Assembly (NCBI GenBank): GCA_050014195.1
Contig: JBEKDT010000006.1
Coordinates: 64,001-128,000, forward strand
Direction: 5' to 3'
DNA: 64,000 nucleotides
Origin: Desulfomonilia bacterium
GTDB taxonomy: Bacteria; Desulfobacterota; Desulfomonilia; UBA1062
A program made the position numbers and the translations under genes. Positions 28,988 to 37,926 of this stretch are shown here, piece by piece. Every line of letters begins with the position of its first letter. Position 1 is the stretch's first letter. Below the pieces are notes generated by a model. It was not told where the DNA came from. It ran no database searches and worked only from the letters and a program-made list of their open reading frames with translations.

Positions 28988-30238
28988 ATGATCACCGGAG
29001 CAGACGAGGTCACATACACCATTCTCCTCATCGTTCTCATCATCATTTCCGCCTTTTTTTCGAGCAGCGAAACCGCCTACATGAGGGTGAACAGATACCG
29101 GATCAAGAGACTTGCCGATGAGGGCAACTCCCGTGCAAAGCGGGTCGAGCACATTCTCAAGGAGCCCGGAAGGCTCATAAGCGTCATCCTGCTGGGAAAC
29201 AACTTTGTCAACATCCTCGCATCCGCTATCGCCACGGCGCTGTTCATCTCCCTATTCGGGGAGCGGGGCATTCTCTATGCAACGATCGCCATGACCGCTA
29301 CACTTCTCATCTTCGGAGATATCATCCCCAAGACCATTGCAGCTTACAGGCCGTCTGCAATTACCCTGTTTTTCTCAGGCTTCATCAAACTCATTGTCAC
29401 TGCCTTGAATCCCCTCGCACAGGTCCTCACGGCAGCCTCCAAGGGATTTCTTTCGCTGTTCGGATTTAAGATGGGAAAGATTGAAGATCTTACCGAGGAG
29501 GACGTGGGCTCTGTCATCTCAATGGGACATAAGGAGGGCTTCATCCCCGAGGCAAAGGCCAAGATGCTCGTCGGCATCATGGACATGGACGCAATCCCGG
29601 TTCGCAAGGTGATGCTCCCGCTTAATGAGATGGTATTCATCTCGGTCAACAGCGCCTTCGACGACGTAGTGCGGACGGTCACGACGAGGAACCACAGCAG
29701 GTACCCGGTGTACAAGGACAAGAAGGACAATATCGTGGGGTATCTGCATATCAAGGACATATGGCCGTTCATCAAGAAAAGGTCCGAGTTTGTTGTTAAG
29801 GATACCATGAGGGAGGCCCATTTCGTGCCTGAGACCAAGTCCATCTTAACGCAGCTCATCGACTTTCAGAACATGCACCTGCATATGGCCTTTGTCGTAG
29901 ATGAATACGGCACGGTAAAAGGGGGGATCACCCTTGAGGATATCATCGAGGAGATTACAGGAGACATAGCCGATGAGCATGACATCATCCGTCCGCCGCT
30001 TGTGCCGGTTAGCGGAAAAAGCTTCATCGTTACCGGCAGCATGAGCCTCTTAGACCTGGAGCGTTCTATCGGGCATGAGTTCCCCAGCGATTATGACACC
30101 CTGTCGGGCCTCATCTATGCACGGCTCGACCGCATCCCCGAGGAGGGTGATACCGTTATGTATGAAGACATGCAGCTCAAGATCGAGCGTATGCGCGGCA
30201 ATCGCATCGTCAGGGTGAGGGTGACGATGAAGGAGTAG
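28988..30238 (+). CDS. CNNM/HlyC/CorC family CBS-domain transporter
   Basis: SAFFSSSETA, GNNFVN, HSRYPVY, VVDEYG, EDIIEEITGDI. Confidence 0.92.
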   Translation: MITGADEVTYTILLIVLIIISAFFSSSETAYMRVNRYRIKRLADEGNSRAKRVEHILKEPGRLISVILLGNNFVNILASAIATALFISLFGERGILYATIAMTATLLIFGDIIPKTIAAYRPSAITLFFSGFIKLIVTALNPLAQVLTAASKGFLSLFGFKMGKIEDLTEEDVGSVISMGHKEGFIPEAKAKMLVGIMDMDAIPVRKVMLPLNEMVFISVNSAFDDVVRTVTTRNHSRYPVYKDKKDNIVGYLHIKDIWPFIKKRSEFVVKDTMREAHFVPETKSILTQLIDFQNMHLHMAFVVDEYGTVKGGITLEDIIEEITGDIADEHDIIRPPLVPVSGKSFIVTGSMSLLDLERSIGHEFPSDYDTLSGLIYARLDRIPEEGDTVMYEDMQLKIERMRGNRIVRVRVTMKE

Positions 30239-30310
30239 ACCAGACTTTGATATGAAGTGTAACCACTCAAACCTGATCTATGAAAGAAGGCATTTTTTTG
30301 ATGGCATTGT

Positions 30311-30856
30311 TTATTTGAGGGTTAATGGGAGACCGTTGTCATAATCTATATCTATATAATGATCACAGAACTCTTTCAAATTCGATAAATTCTTTTCCTC
30401 AAAATGCCGTTTAACGACAGAGGTTGAGCCGAGGATCTCCACTTCAATTTTTTTTGCATGTGCGAGGTGCCTGATAAAATCAGGATCGATATCGTGGTAG
30501 TAGGCCTTCTCCTCCACAAGTCCGACTGATAGAATGTTCCGATAACTCTCAGATCCCCTTCCGGATATTTCATAGTGTTGTCCGTCGACGACAAGGACAA
30601 GAGATTTTCCCGGGTTAATGTTGATAAAGAATGGACCTGCGTATACCACGAAAAGTGAATATGAAATTTGACCTTTCTTTTCAAATTTCTGGGCATCCAG
30701 CTCAGTTAAACAGATACCCCCCGATAATCTATTCCCCCTCATCCTAACTAAGTGAGCAGTTGTATCTTTATCATTAAAAATAGAATAAAAAGTGTTGTGC
30801 TCACATCCTGTTATAAGAAAGAGAGTTATAAGAATACACAAAATTATCTTTTTCAT
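30311..30856 (-). CDS. hypothetical lipoprotein
   Basis: MKK plus hydrophobic stretch and LITGC lipobox; AGGAG RBS; AT-rich. Confidence 0.8.
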   Translation of the reverse strand: MKKIILCILITLFLITGCEHNTFYSIFNDKDTTAHLVRMRGNRLSGGICLTELDAQKFEKKGQISYSLFVVYAGPFFININPGKSLVLVVDGQHYEISGRGSESYRNILSVGLVEEKAYYHDIDPDFIRHLAHAKKIEVEILGSTSVVKRHFEEKNLSNLKEFCDHYIDIDYDNGLPLTLK

Positions 30857-31141
30857 TCAATAAAATAGTTCTCCTAAAGACCTTTGAAGAACTACACTTT
30901 TGGCTACCAGATCATTTTGGTATAATTACTCTGATCCGATAAACGATACAGTCCCTCATTCATTTTATGATGCAATACCTCCTTTCCTTGGGCTTCAAAT
31001 GTGTGGGAATTCCTTGATTTGCTCCTCCTCACTTGTCAGTCTCATAATGCACAACTCTCCTTATTGGCCACCCTGTGGGTGGGGGATCAGAAGAGTTTCA
31101 ATTTTAATAATTATTACATAACATATTTATTATTGTTACAA

Positions 31142-31197
31142 TTACTATATAACGTATATAGTAACGAAAGTCAAGTAATCTACTATATAAAGTAGAT
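31142..31197 (-). promoter_or_regulatory. two palindromic sites flanking a putative -35 (TTGACT)
   Basis: TTACTATATA-ACG-TATATAGTAA and ATCTACT-ATATAA-AGTAGAT share TACTATATAA. Confidence 0.5.
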
Positions 31198-31289
31198 AGA
31201 ATCCGTATTTTTTCATCAAAAGAGATCCAGCCTCCAAAGAGACTCAGAAATGAAGGAATGGAAGAGTGTTCTTGACCGAGCGCCGGGGG

Positions 31290-31979
31290 CTAAGGCCTCG
31301 GGCCTTTCTTTTCCAGCAATAGTGTTGCATCAGAGGCCCTGACATAAATGGGCAGAACATCTATGGGTATGCTTCTCTGCGGCATTTCACAGGCCAGAAG
31401 GCCGAGCACCGAGGCGTGCGGGTGCCAGAGATGGGCAGGCCCTTCGTGATATCTCTCGGCCAATACATCCTTAAGCACGTCCCGGTAGAGGCCGCACCCG
31501 TTTCCTATGAACAGGGTGTCTTCTTCAACCAGGGTTGCGATCGCATCAGGCCTCAGATTCATAAAATTGGTGATCCTTGCGCCATCCCCGGCATACAGCG
31601 CGCAGAAGACCTCTCCCTTCTTGGCATCGAGGATGGGCATGACGGGCAAGGGTGAGGGTTGGGCCGCTCTGGCAATGGTATCAAGGGTGGATATGCCTAT
31701 AATCGGACAGTGAAGCGCTTCGGCAAGTCCTTTTGCAGTCGCGAGCCCGATCCTGATGCCTGTGAACGAGCCGGGGCCTGTTCCCACTGCTATGAGCCCG
31801 AGCTCATCCCTTTTGGTCCCGCCCTTTGACAACACCTCATCGATTACCGGCAGGATCATTCCTGCATGCCCTGTCTTGACCATGAGGTTGATCTCGCAGA
31901 TGGTCTCGCCGGACCTCGTGAGCGCAACGGACATCCGGCTCGTGGATGTGTCCAGGGCAAGGACCTTCATGGAGGTCAT
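31290..31979 (-). CDS. tsaB: tRNA t6A biosynthesis protein TsaB
   Basis: LALDTS, GPGSFTGIRIG, DAKKGEV, PIYVR. Confidence 0.95.
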   Translation of the reverse strand: MTSMKVLALDTSTSRMSVALTRSGETICEINLMVKTGHAGMILPVIDEVLSKGGTKRDELGLIAVGTGPGSFTGIRIGLATAKGLAEALHCPIIGISTLDTIARAAQPSPLPVMPILDAKKGEVFCALYAGDGARITNFMNLRPDAIATLVEEDTLFIGNGCGLYRDVLKDVLAERYHEGPAHLWHPHASVLGLLACEMPQRSIPIDVLPIYVRASDATLLLEKKGPRP

Positions 31980-33049
31980 CCTTTGAATATGCGTGTAATG
32001 TCGTTGTAGAAGGCAAACAGCATGAGCATTATCAGGATGAAGAGCCCTATCTGCTGGGCGATTTCACGGGGTCTCCCCTCCACGGGTTTACCGGTTATAG
32101 CCTCGATGAGGAAGAGCAGGAGATATCCGCCGTCCAAGACCGGGATAGGCAGCAGGTTGATAATGGCGAGATTGATGCTGATGAAGGCGATCAGGGAGAC
32201 GAACGGCAGCAGACCGGCCTTGAATGTCTGCCCGGAAACCTGGGCTATCATGATCGGACCGCCGAGACTATCCTTGACGCTGATGGTGCCCTTGATCATC
32301 TTCGAAAATGCAATGCCCGTGAGCTCGATGATCTTGTAACACTGCTTGAATCCGTAGCCGATGCCGCTTATGGGACCATACCTCTTCACGGCAGTTTTAT
32401 CACCTGAGCTGATCCCGATCATGGGCCGAGAGATCTGTTCGCCAAAGAGGTTTTTGCCCTTGGTCATGATGGGTGTCACATGCAGCATGAACACCTTGGA
32501 GTCACGCATGACCTCTATCTCTACACTCTTGCCCGGTGTCGAACTTTGAAGGGTGCTTGACACATCCTCCCATGCAGATACCTGCTTCTTGTTGATAGTC
32601 TGGACCATATCCCCGGGCAGCAAGCCTGACATATCGGCCGGTGAGCCTTTCTGCACATCGCCTACTATGGGCAGGAGGTAAGGTACGCCCACCCAGGAAA
32701 TGGTTGTGTAAATGACCACGGCTAAAACAAAGTTCGAGAAAGGGCCGGCAAATACGATTGCCCCCTTAACGCCAAGCCCTTTATGTGAGAAGGACTTCTT
32801 TGGATCGATGTGGGTAAGCTGTTCCTTGTTATCCGGGTCTTCTCCCAGCATCTTGACATATCCGCCAAGGGGGAAAGCGGCTATCTGGTATTCCGTCTCG
32901 CCGATCCTCTTCTTGATCAGCGCCGGCCCGAAGCCTAAAGAGAACTTCAACACGCCGACGCCGTTTGCCTTTGCCATGATGAAATGGCCCAGTTCGTGGA
33001 AGAAGATCAGGATTCCAAGGACAATAATGAATGCTAAGATCGTGATCAT
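31976..33049 (-). CDS. rseP: RIP metalloprotease RseP
   Basis: HELGH, PLGGYV, PDZ, NLLPIPVLDGG. Confidence 0.95.
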   Translation of the reverse strand: MITILAFIIVLGILIFFHELGHFIMAKANGVGVLKFSLGFGPALIKKRIGETEYQIAAFPLGGYVKMLGEDPDNKEQLTHIDPKKSFSHKGLGVKGAIVFAGPFSNFVLAVVIYTTISWVGVPYLLPIVGDVQKGSPADMSGLLPGDMVQTINKKQVSAWEDVSSTLQSSTPGKSVEIEVMRDSKVFMLHVTPIMTKGKNLFGEQISRPMIGISSGDKTAVKRYGPISGIGYGFKQCYKIIELTGIAFSKMIKGTISVKDSLGGPIMIAQVSGQTFKAGLLPFVSLIAFISINLAIINLLPIPVLDGGYLLLFLIEAITGKPVEGRPREIAQQIGLFILIMLMLFAFYNDITRIFKG

Positions 33050-34173
33050 GAAATGAACGCCTCTGCAGTCTCTCTTGATTTTCTGTCGAGTCTCATTACC
33101 TCTGCCGGACCTTCTACATCGGATTCGGCCAAGGTGTCCATGGTCTTTTTCACCACATGAGTAATCTCATCGAATCTGATCCGCCCTTGAATGAATGCAT
33201 TCACCGCCACCTCGTCCGCTGCGTTCATGATGCAGGGCAGCACATCAGGCCTGCGCATAGCATGCCTGGCCAGGTCCAGTGCGGGGAACTTCTTAACATC
33301 AGGCGGGAGAAAATCCAGTCGCAGGGAGTTGACGAGAGACAGCGGCGTGAGTGGGAGCTTCAAACGATTCGGCCAGGACAAAGCGTATGAAATGGCCATG
33401 CGCATATCCGGCACTGAGAGCTGGGCCTTGATGCTTCTATCCACGAACTCCACCATGGAGTGGACAATGCTCTGCGGGTGGATTGTCACTTCAATTCTGT
33501 CCATGTCGACTCCGAAGAGCCAGCATGCCTCAATGATCTCGAGGCCTTTATTCATCATGGTGGCCGAGTCGATCGTGATCCTCCTGCCCATGGACCAGGT
33601 AGGGTGATGAAGGGCCTCTTCGGGTGTAATTGCCTTGAAGGTCTCTGCCGGCCTGTCCCTGAAAGGGCCTCCGGATGCGGTGAGGATGATGCGGCTGATG
33701 GATGATCTCTCTTCCCCGGCAAGACACTGAAACACCGCAGAGTGTTCGGAATCTACCGGGATGATCGGTATGCCTTTCTTGTCCGCTTCAGCCATCAGGA
33801 AGGCCCCGCCGATGACGAGTGACTCTTTGTTGGCAAGCGCCAGGGTTGCGCCCGAGCGAACCGTCTCCAGGGAAGGCAGGAAGCCTGCCGCGCCGGAGAT
33901 GCCGTTTACCACGATATCGGGTTCAGCCCTCTTTATGATTTCCTCAGCAGCAGATTCGCCTTCAATGACATCACTACCGGATGGAAGTGGTTCCGATGGG
34001 GAAAGGATGCCGAGGTTCGTGACTCCGAATTCTTTTGCCTGGCCTGCAAGGAGCCTGATGTTGGACCCCGCAGTCAGCCCTACAAGCCGGAACTCGCCTG
34101 GACACATGCGGATGACATCCAGGGTTGACTCTCCGATGGAGCCCGTTGATCCGAGAACAACGACCTTTTTCAT
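33046..34173 (-). CDS. dxr: 1-deoxy-D-xylulose-5-phosphate reductoisomerase
   Basis: LGSTGSIG, LANKESL, PVDSEH, HPTWSMG. Confidence 0.97.
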   Translation of the reverse strand: MKKVVVLGSTGSIGESTLDVIRMCPGEFRLVGLTAGSNIRLLAGQAKEFGVTNLGILSPSEPLPSGSDVIEGESAAEEIIKRAEPDIVVNGISGAAGFLPSLETVRSGATLALANKESLVIGGAFLMAEADKKGIPIIPVDSEHSAVFQCLAGEERSSISRIILTASGGPFRDRPAETFKAITPEEALHHPTWSMGRRITIDSATMMNKGLEIIEACWLFGVDMDRIEVTIHPQSIVHSMVEFVDRSIKAQLSVPDMRMAISYALSWPNRLKLPLTPLSLVNSLRLDFLPPDVKKFPALDLARHAMRRPDVLPCIMNAADEVAVNAFIQGRIRFDEITHVVKKTMDTLAESDVEGPAEVMRLDRKSRETAEAFIS

Positions 34174-35001
34174 TCAGACTGCAACCTTGAGAATACCGTA
34201 GAGCAAACACCCCACGAACATGATGCCATCCATGCGGTCCAGCATCCCACCATGGCCGGGGATGAGGTTCCCCAGATCCTTGATCTGGAATTCCCGCTTG
34301 AACAGAGACGCGGTAAGGTCTCCCGCCAGGTCAAGAACGCCGATGCATGCGGACAGCAGGATCAGGAGCCAGACAGGATAGAAACCCTCCAGGGGATCCA
34401 ACTGATAATAGACGATAACCTTATTATATATAAGAAAGACGGCATAGCCGAGTACGATGCTCGAACATATCCCGCCGATGAAGCCTTCCAGGGTCTTCTT
34501 TGGGCTGAGCCTGGGCGCTATTTTGCGGCTCCCGAGGTTCTTGCCCACATAGTATGCCCCGACATCGGATCCGAAGACACCGACAAGGCCGAAGATCATC
34601 CAGAATCTGCCGTCCATGCCCACCCTTAACAATACCCAGAATCCGATCAATGCCATGGGATAGATCAGACCTGCCAGGGAATAGACAAGATCTTTAGCGC
34701 CTGCCCTGTTCTTCTCAAAGAGGAAGAGTGATGTGATCATGAGGATGACACCCGTGACGCCCACCACAAGAAAGCACCCGGCCATGTCTCCCTTATAGGC
34801 AAAAAGGAGGAACGGGACAGACGCGACAATGGCTACCAATGCCAGTGCTAAGGCGCTGGGGCTGATGGCCACCCGGAACAGCTCATACATGCATATGGGC
34901 ACCACCAGCATGGCGATAAGCAGCAATGCCCAGGCAGGACCGAAGACAGCAGGGATGGCGAAGATAATAATAAGGATAAGCGCCCCCATGATTCGTTTCA
35001 T
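34174..35001 (-). CDS. cdsA: phosphatidate cytidylyltransferase
   Basis: SPKKTLEG, GDL.AS.FKR, PGHGGMLDR; ATGA overlap with uppS. Confidence 0.95.
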   Translation of the reverse strand: MKRIMGALILIIIFAIPAVFGPAWALLLIAMLVVPICMYELFRVAISPSALALALVAIVASVPFLLFAYKGDMAGCFLVVGVTGVILMITSLFLFEKNRAGAKDLVYSLAGLIYPMALIGFWVLLRVGMDGRFWMIFGLVGVFGSDVGAYYVGKNLGSRKIAPRLSPKKTLEGFIGGICSSIVLGYAVFLIYNKVIVYYQLDPLEGFYPVWLLILLSACIGVLDLAGDLTASLFKREFQIKDLGNLIPGHGGMLDRMDGIMFVGCLLYGILKVAV

Positions 35002-35714
35002 ATGAGAGAGCCCCCCACCTGTTCGCCTGTCATGCCGAAGCGCCTCTGTCTGCTCGTAAACCACATGATGGCTTCATCCAGGGCATTCTCATTGAAATCG
35101 GGCCAGAGGATGTCGGTAAAGTAGATCTCGGTATAGGCCAGCTGCCACAGCAAAAAATTGCTCACCCGGCGCTCTCCTCCTGTCCTGATGAGAAGGTCAG
35201 GGTCGGGCATGAATGCGGTGTCCAGGGTGGAGGAAAAAGATTTTTCCGTAATCTCATCAGGGTTGATCCCGCTTGATACAAGCCTTTTCGCAGCCCTTAC
35301 TATTTCATCGCGCCCCCCGTAATTCAGGGCAATGGCCAGGTGCAGGTCGTTGTTGTCTTTTGTCAAGTCAAGGGTCATTTTGATCTTGTCCTGGAGCTTC
35401 TTTGAAAACCGGGACATATCACCGATGATATGGATGCACACCCCGCTCGTCTTGAGTCGCTTTACCTCTTCCTCGATGAAGTGCTCAAGAAGATTAAAAA
35501 GGCCTTCGACCTCTTCCTTGGGCCTGCTCCAGTTCTCAGATGAAAAGGCGTACAGCGTGAGGTATTTGATGGCCCTTGCTTTTGCCGCCTCAACGATCCT
35601 CAAGGTGGCCCTTGCTCCCATTTCATGGCCCTTAAGCCGTGGAAGGCCCTGCCTCTGAGCCCACCTCCCGTTGCCGTCCATGATGATGGCGAGGTGGTTG
35701 ACCTGGTTTTGCAT
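34998..35714 (-). CDS. uppS: undecaprenyl diphosphate synthase
   Basis: IMDGNGRWA, AFSSENW, NYGGRDE, RVSNFLLWQ; start uncertain (35714 or 35732). Confidence 0.96.
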   Translation of the reverse strand: MQNQVNHLAIIMDGNGRWAQRQGLPRLKGHEMGARATLRIVEAAKARAIKYLTLYAFSSENWSRPKEEVEGLFNLLEHFIEEEVKRLKTSGVCIHIIGDMSRFSKKLQDKIKMTLDLTKDNNDLHLAIALNYGGRDEIVRAAKRLVSSGINPDEITEKSFSSTLDTAFMPDPDLLIRTGGERRVSNFLLWQLAYTEIYFTDILWPDFNENALDEAIMWFTSRQRRFGMTGEQVGGSLI

Positions 35715-35774
35715 GAGTGAACTTGTTAACACAGGGGGTATGGGGGGTCAACAATCAGTAGGGAGAGAATTTAT

Positions 35775-35882
35775 GGGTGAACAGTGATCAGTGACCAGTG
35801 AATAGTGCAAAGCGAACCGTGCATAGGTCGCGTTTCAATCGCAGGGTCATTGCGAGGAGCTGAAGGCGACGCGGCAATCTCA
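35775..35882 (+). repeat. left composite arm: CAGTGAN heptamers, GAACCGTGCATAG, GTCATTGCGAGG...GCAATCTCA
   Basis: inverted counterpart at 38599-38764 with the three blocks in mirrored order. Confidence 0.8.
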
Positions 35883-35887
35883 CACTA

Positions 35888-35916
35888 GGGTGGGTGGAGC
35901 GTCAGCGGAACTCACC
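35888..35916 (+). repeat. GGGTGGG REP-like palindrome
   Basis: GGGTGGGTGGAGCGTCAGCGGAACTCACC resembles 13823-13860. Confidence 0.7.
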
Positions 35917-35992
35917 TCTAATATCTCTTCCATTGAATAACCCATCGAATGGGGCTGGAACCAATTCATCATCTTGACAACTGCCAGCCATA

Positions 35993-36052
35993 TATAAACG
36001 ACAAAGCTCACCGGCGCGCGTCAGCGCGTCCGTGTGGATGCCCTTGTTCGCC
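35993..36052 (-). mobile_element. integron attC site
   Basis: GGCGAAC...GTTTATA, 60 bp, imperfect hairpin with unpaired bases, 13 bp after the yoeB stop. Confidence 0.8.
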
Positions 36053-36065
36053 TGATCACATCTGG

Positions 36066-36329
36066 CTATTCGTAGTGTGTCCACATACGGATGACTTTTA
36101 CTGTTTTGATGTCATCAAGTATTTGGTAAATCAACCGGTGTTGGATGTTTATTCTCCTGGAACATGCTCCCGACAGATCTCCAAGAAGCTTCTCAAAAGG
36201 TGGGGGAGTCTGGTATGGATCTTCTTTAAGGATATCTAGCAGGTGCTCTGCCTGATGTTTTAGACCTGAATGTGCGATCTTCTTGGCATCTTTTTTTGCC
36301 TGTTTGGTAAAGACCAATCGCCAAGTCAC
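36066..36329 (-). CDS. yoeB: Txe/YoeB family toxin
   Basis: FEKLLGDLSGACSRRINIQHRLIY...MWTHYE. Confidence 0.93.
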   Translation of the reverse strand: MTWRLVFTKQAKKDAKKIAHSGLKHQAEHLLDILKEDPYQTPPPFEKLLGDLSGACSRRINIQHRLIYQILDDIKTVKVIRMWTHYE

Positions 36330-36568
36330 CAGTCAAGATCCTCATTGCACTCCTCTACAGGAGTCTCAAGTCCCTTCTGAATAGATTCACGCATACCCGG
36401 AATAGAAGTGAGGTACAAAGTTTCCTGGATTGCTCGCCAATCCTCCTCTGAAATTAGCACTGCGGAACTTCTTTTGCCTACAATCTGAACCGGCTCATGG
36501 GATTCTTTCACCTCATCGACAAGGCTATATAATCGTTTTCTTGCTTCTGTTGCTGTAAGTGTAGCCAT
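36326..36568 (-). CDS. yefM: Phd/YefM family antitoxin
   Basis: TATEARKRLYSLVD, AVLISEEDW, ETLYL; 4-bp overlap with the toxin. Confidence 0.93.
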   Translation of the reverse strand: MATLTATEARKRLYSLVDEVKESHEPVQIVGKRSSAVLISEEDWRAIQETLYLTSIPGMRESIQKGLETPVEECNEDLDW

Positions 36569-36583
36569 TATTATGAACCTCCT

Positions 36584-36625
36584 TAGCGTACGATATAGCG
36601 TACGCTACAAAACATCCAGTGTCAA
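36584..36625 (-). promoter_or_regulatory. TA promoter and operator
   Basis: TTGACA-17bp-TACGCT; two CGTACG palindromes 12 bp apart over the -10. Confidence 0.8.
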
Positions 36626-36635
36626 GCTATTTGAA

Positions 36636-36692
36636 GGCGAATGCCTGCGTCAGTGGGAGCCGGCTTTTTCGGCGATCCACCGGAAATTGGGG
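36636..36692 (-). mobile_element. degenerate integron attC site
   Basis: core GGATCGCCGAAAAAGCCGGCTCCCACTGACGC nearly identical to 37184-37246; ends read CCCCAAT / ATTCGCC. Confidence 0.72.
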
Positions 36693-36709
36693 ACGACGGC
36701 AAGCACTAC

Positions 36710-36976
36710 CTACCCCTTCTTACCCAGGATTGCCGCGATTTTCTGCGCAGGCGTGATGCAACTCTGTGGGGTTAAACTGAGATCAAATGCTTGATTGAGA
36801 ACCTCCATCACGAGCAGCTCTGGTTTTACGGAATTGCCCCGTACCTTTAGCCCAAAGATTATGTCGGAGGCCTCAACACGGTAACCATTAAGATCTGCAA
36901 CGTTTCTTGCGCCTTCTCCCAGTGGATTCCACTTGGCAAGAACGTTTGCGACAGCAGTGATTTGTTCTTCGTTCAT
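36710..36976 (-). CDS. hypothetical cassette protein (DUF1871-like)
   Basis: WNPLG...GY..EA.DI pattern; AGAGGA RBS, ATG 36976. Confidence 0.65.
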   Translation of the reverse strand: MNEEQITAVANVLAKWNPLGEGARNVADLNGYRVEASDIIFGLKVRGNSVKPELLVMEVLNQAFDLSLTPQSCITPAQKIAAILGKKG

Positions 36977-37167
36977 TTGTGTCCTCTGTGTTCTGGTCAC
37001 AATCTCGCCCAGAATTCCTGATATGGCATGACATGCTCATGCTTGGTTCGCCAATGTGCATCGATGCCGTCCCATCCGTTGCCTTGAAACACATGACCAC
37101 ACTCTGGACAAATGCGTGGCAAATCCTTATTTTGATTTTTATCGCAGCACGAACAGGATTTATTCAT
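36973..37167 (-). pseudogene. small zinc-finger-like ORF with in-frame TGA (not in ORF track)
   Basis: AGGAGA RBS; MNKSCSCCD...CPECGHVFQGNGWDGIDAHWRTKHEH...ARL*PEHRGHK*; the final stop overlaps the next ATG. Confidence 0.65.
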
Positions 37168-37183
37168 GAGTATCTCCTAGAGC

Positions 37184-37246
37184 CCCCAACACGAGCGTCA
37201 GCGGGAGCCGGATTTATCGGCGATCCGCTGCACGCACTCGTTCGGG
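37184..37246 (-). mobile_element. integron attC site
   Basis: CCCGAAC...GTTGGGG, 63 bp, arms GCGT(G)CAGCGG / CCGCTGACGC, 2 bp after the upstream stop. Confidence 0.85.
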
Positions 37247-37248
37247 AA

Positions 37249-37917
37249 TCATCTTTTCCATACCATCCGTCCAATTGACACAAACTTGTTGACCGTCAAA
37301 GAACCCCGTTCGTTGCGGGCTTTTGATCCAGGACGCCTCAATTCTTTTTCTGTTTCTGGCCTCTTGGCCTCATGAATTTCCCGAACCTGAAAATCATGAC
37401 CAAGTAACGCAAGCAGGACAACATCCCATTCTTTCTCCAGGTTGATACTGCCCAGTCGTTGGCCTGGCTTGGGATTATCCGCCATTGCTCGTGACTTGAT
37501 CTGGATAAACTCTTCGCGACCGTCCACTCTTCGCACGGCATCGTACCCTGATTGCCTCACCGGTGCCCTATCCAATCCGAGCAACCGGCATGTCTCATGT
37601 TCGGCGATCTCGCCGGTAACACCGAGGGGGCGCCCGGTAGTTTCGTAGTATTGTTTTGCAACGATCCTGGCTTCTTCAATCAATTGATTTACGTAGTCGT
37701 TGTTATAGCTTTCATGCTGTTTGTGTGGATAGAGCCACCCCTTGATGATTCCGTCCCGGAAAAGAGCAGAGGCATATTCCTCAGAGCTCAGGTTCGACCT
37801 GTTTTTCCTTCGTTCGACAAGTCCCTTTCTCTCGGCGTCTGAATACGATTTAATGCATGCGGATTCATTGCCGTCGTGCTCAACGAAAAGCTGTTTCATG
37901 AGTTCCCGCTGTTTCAT
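37249..37917 (-). CDS. putative PD-(D/E)XK nuclease (DUF6998-like) with extra N-terminal helical domain
   Basis: GEIAE...GYDA...IQIKSR motif. Confidence 0.7.
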   Translation of the reverse strand: MKQRELMKQLFVEHDGNESACIKSYSDAERKGLVERRKNRSNLSSEEYASALFRDGIIKGWLYPHKQHESYNNDYVNQLIEEARIVAKQYYETTGRPLGVTGEIAEHETCRLLGLDRAPVRQSGYDAVRRVDGREEFIQIKSRAMADNPKPGQRLGSINLEKEWDVVLLALLGHDFQVREIHEAKRPETEKELRRPGSKARNERGSLTVNKFVSIGRMVWKR

Positions 37918-37926
37918 GGTTTACTT

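Noticed and set aside
35778-35807. CAGTGAN heptamer runs (also 38690-38757) as a CRISPR array
   Set aside because: Unit is 7 bp with no spacers, and no cas genes are present.
35902-35992. Possible fourth cassette after the last attC
   Set aside because: Only ~75 bp remain before a REP, with no credible gene or closing attC; at most a truncated stub.
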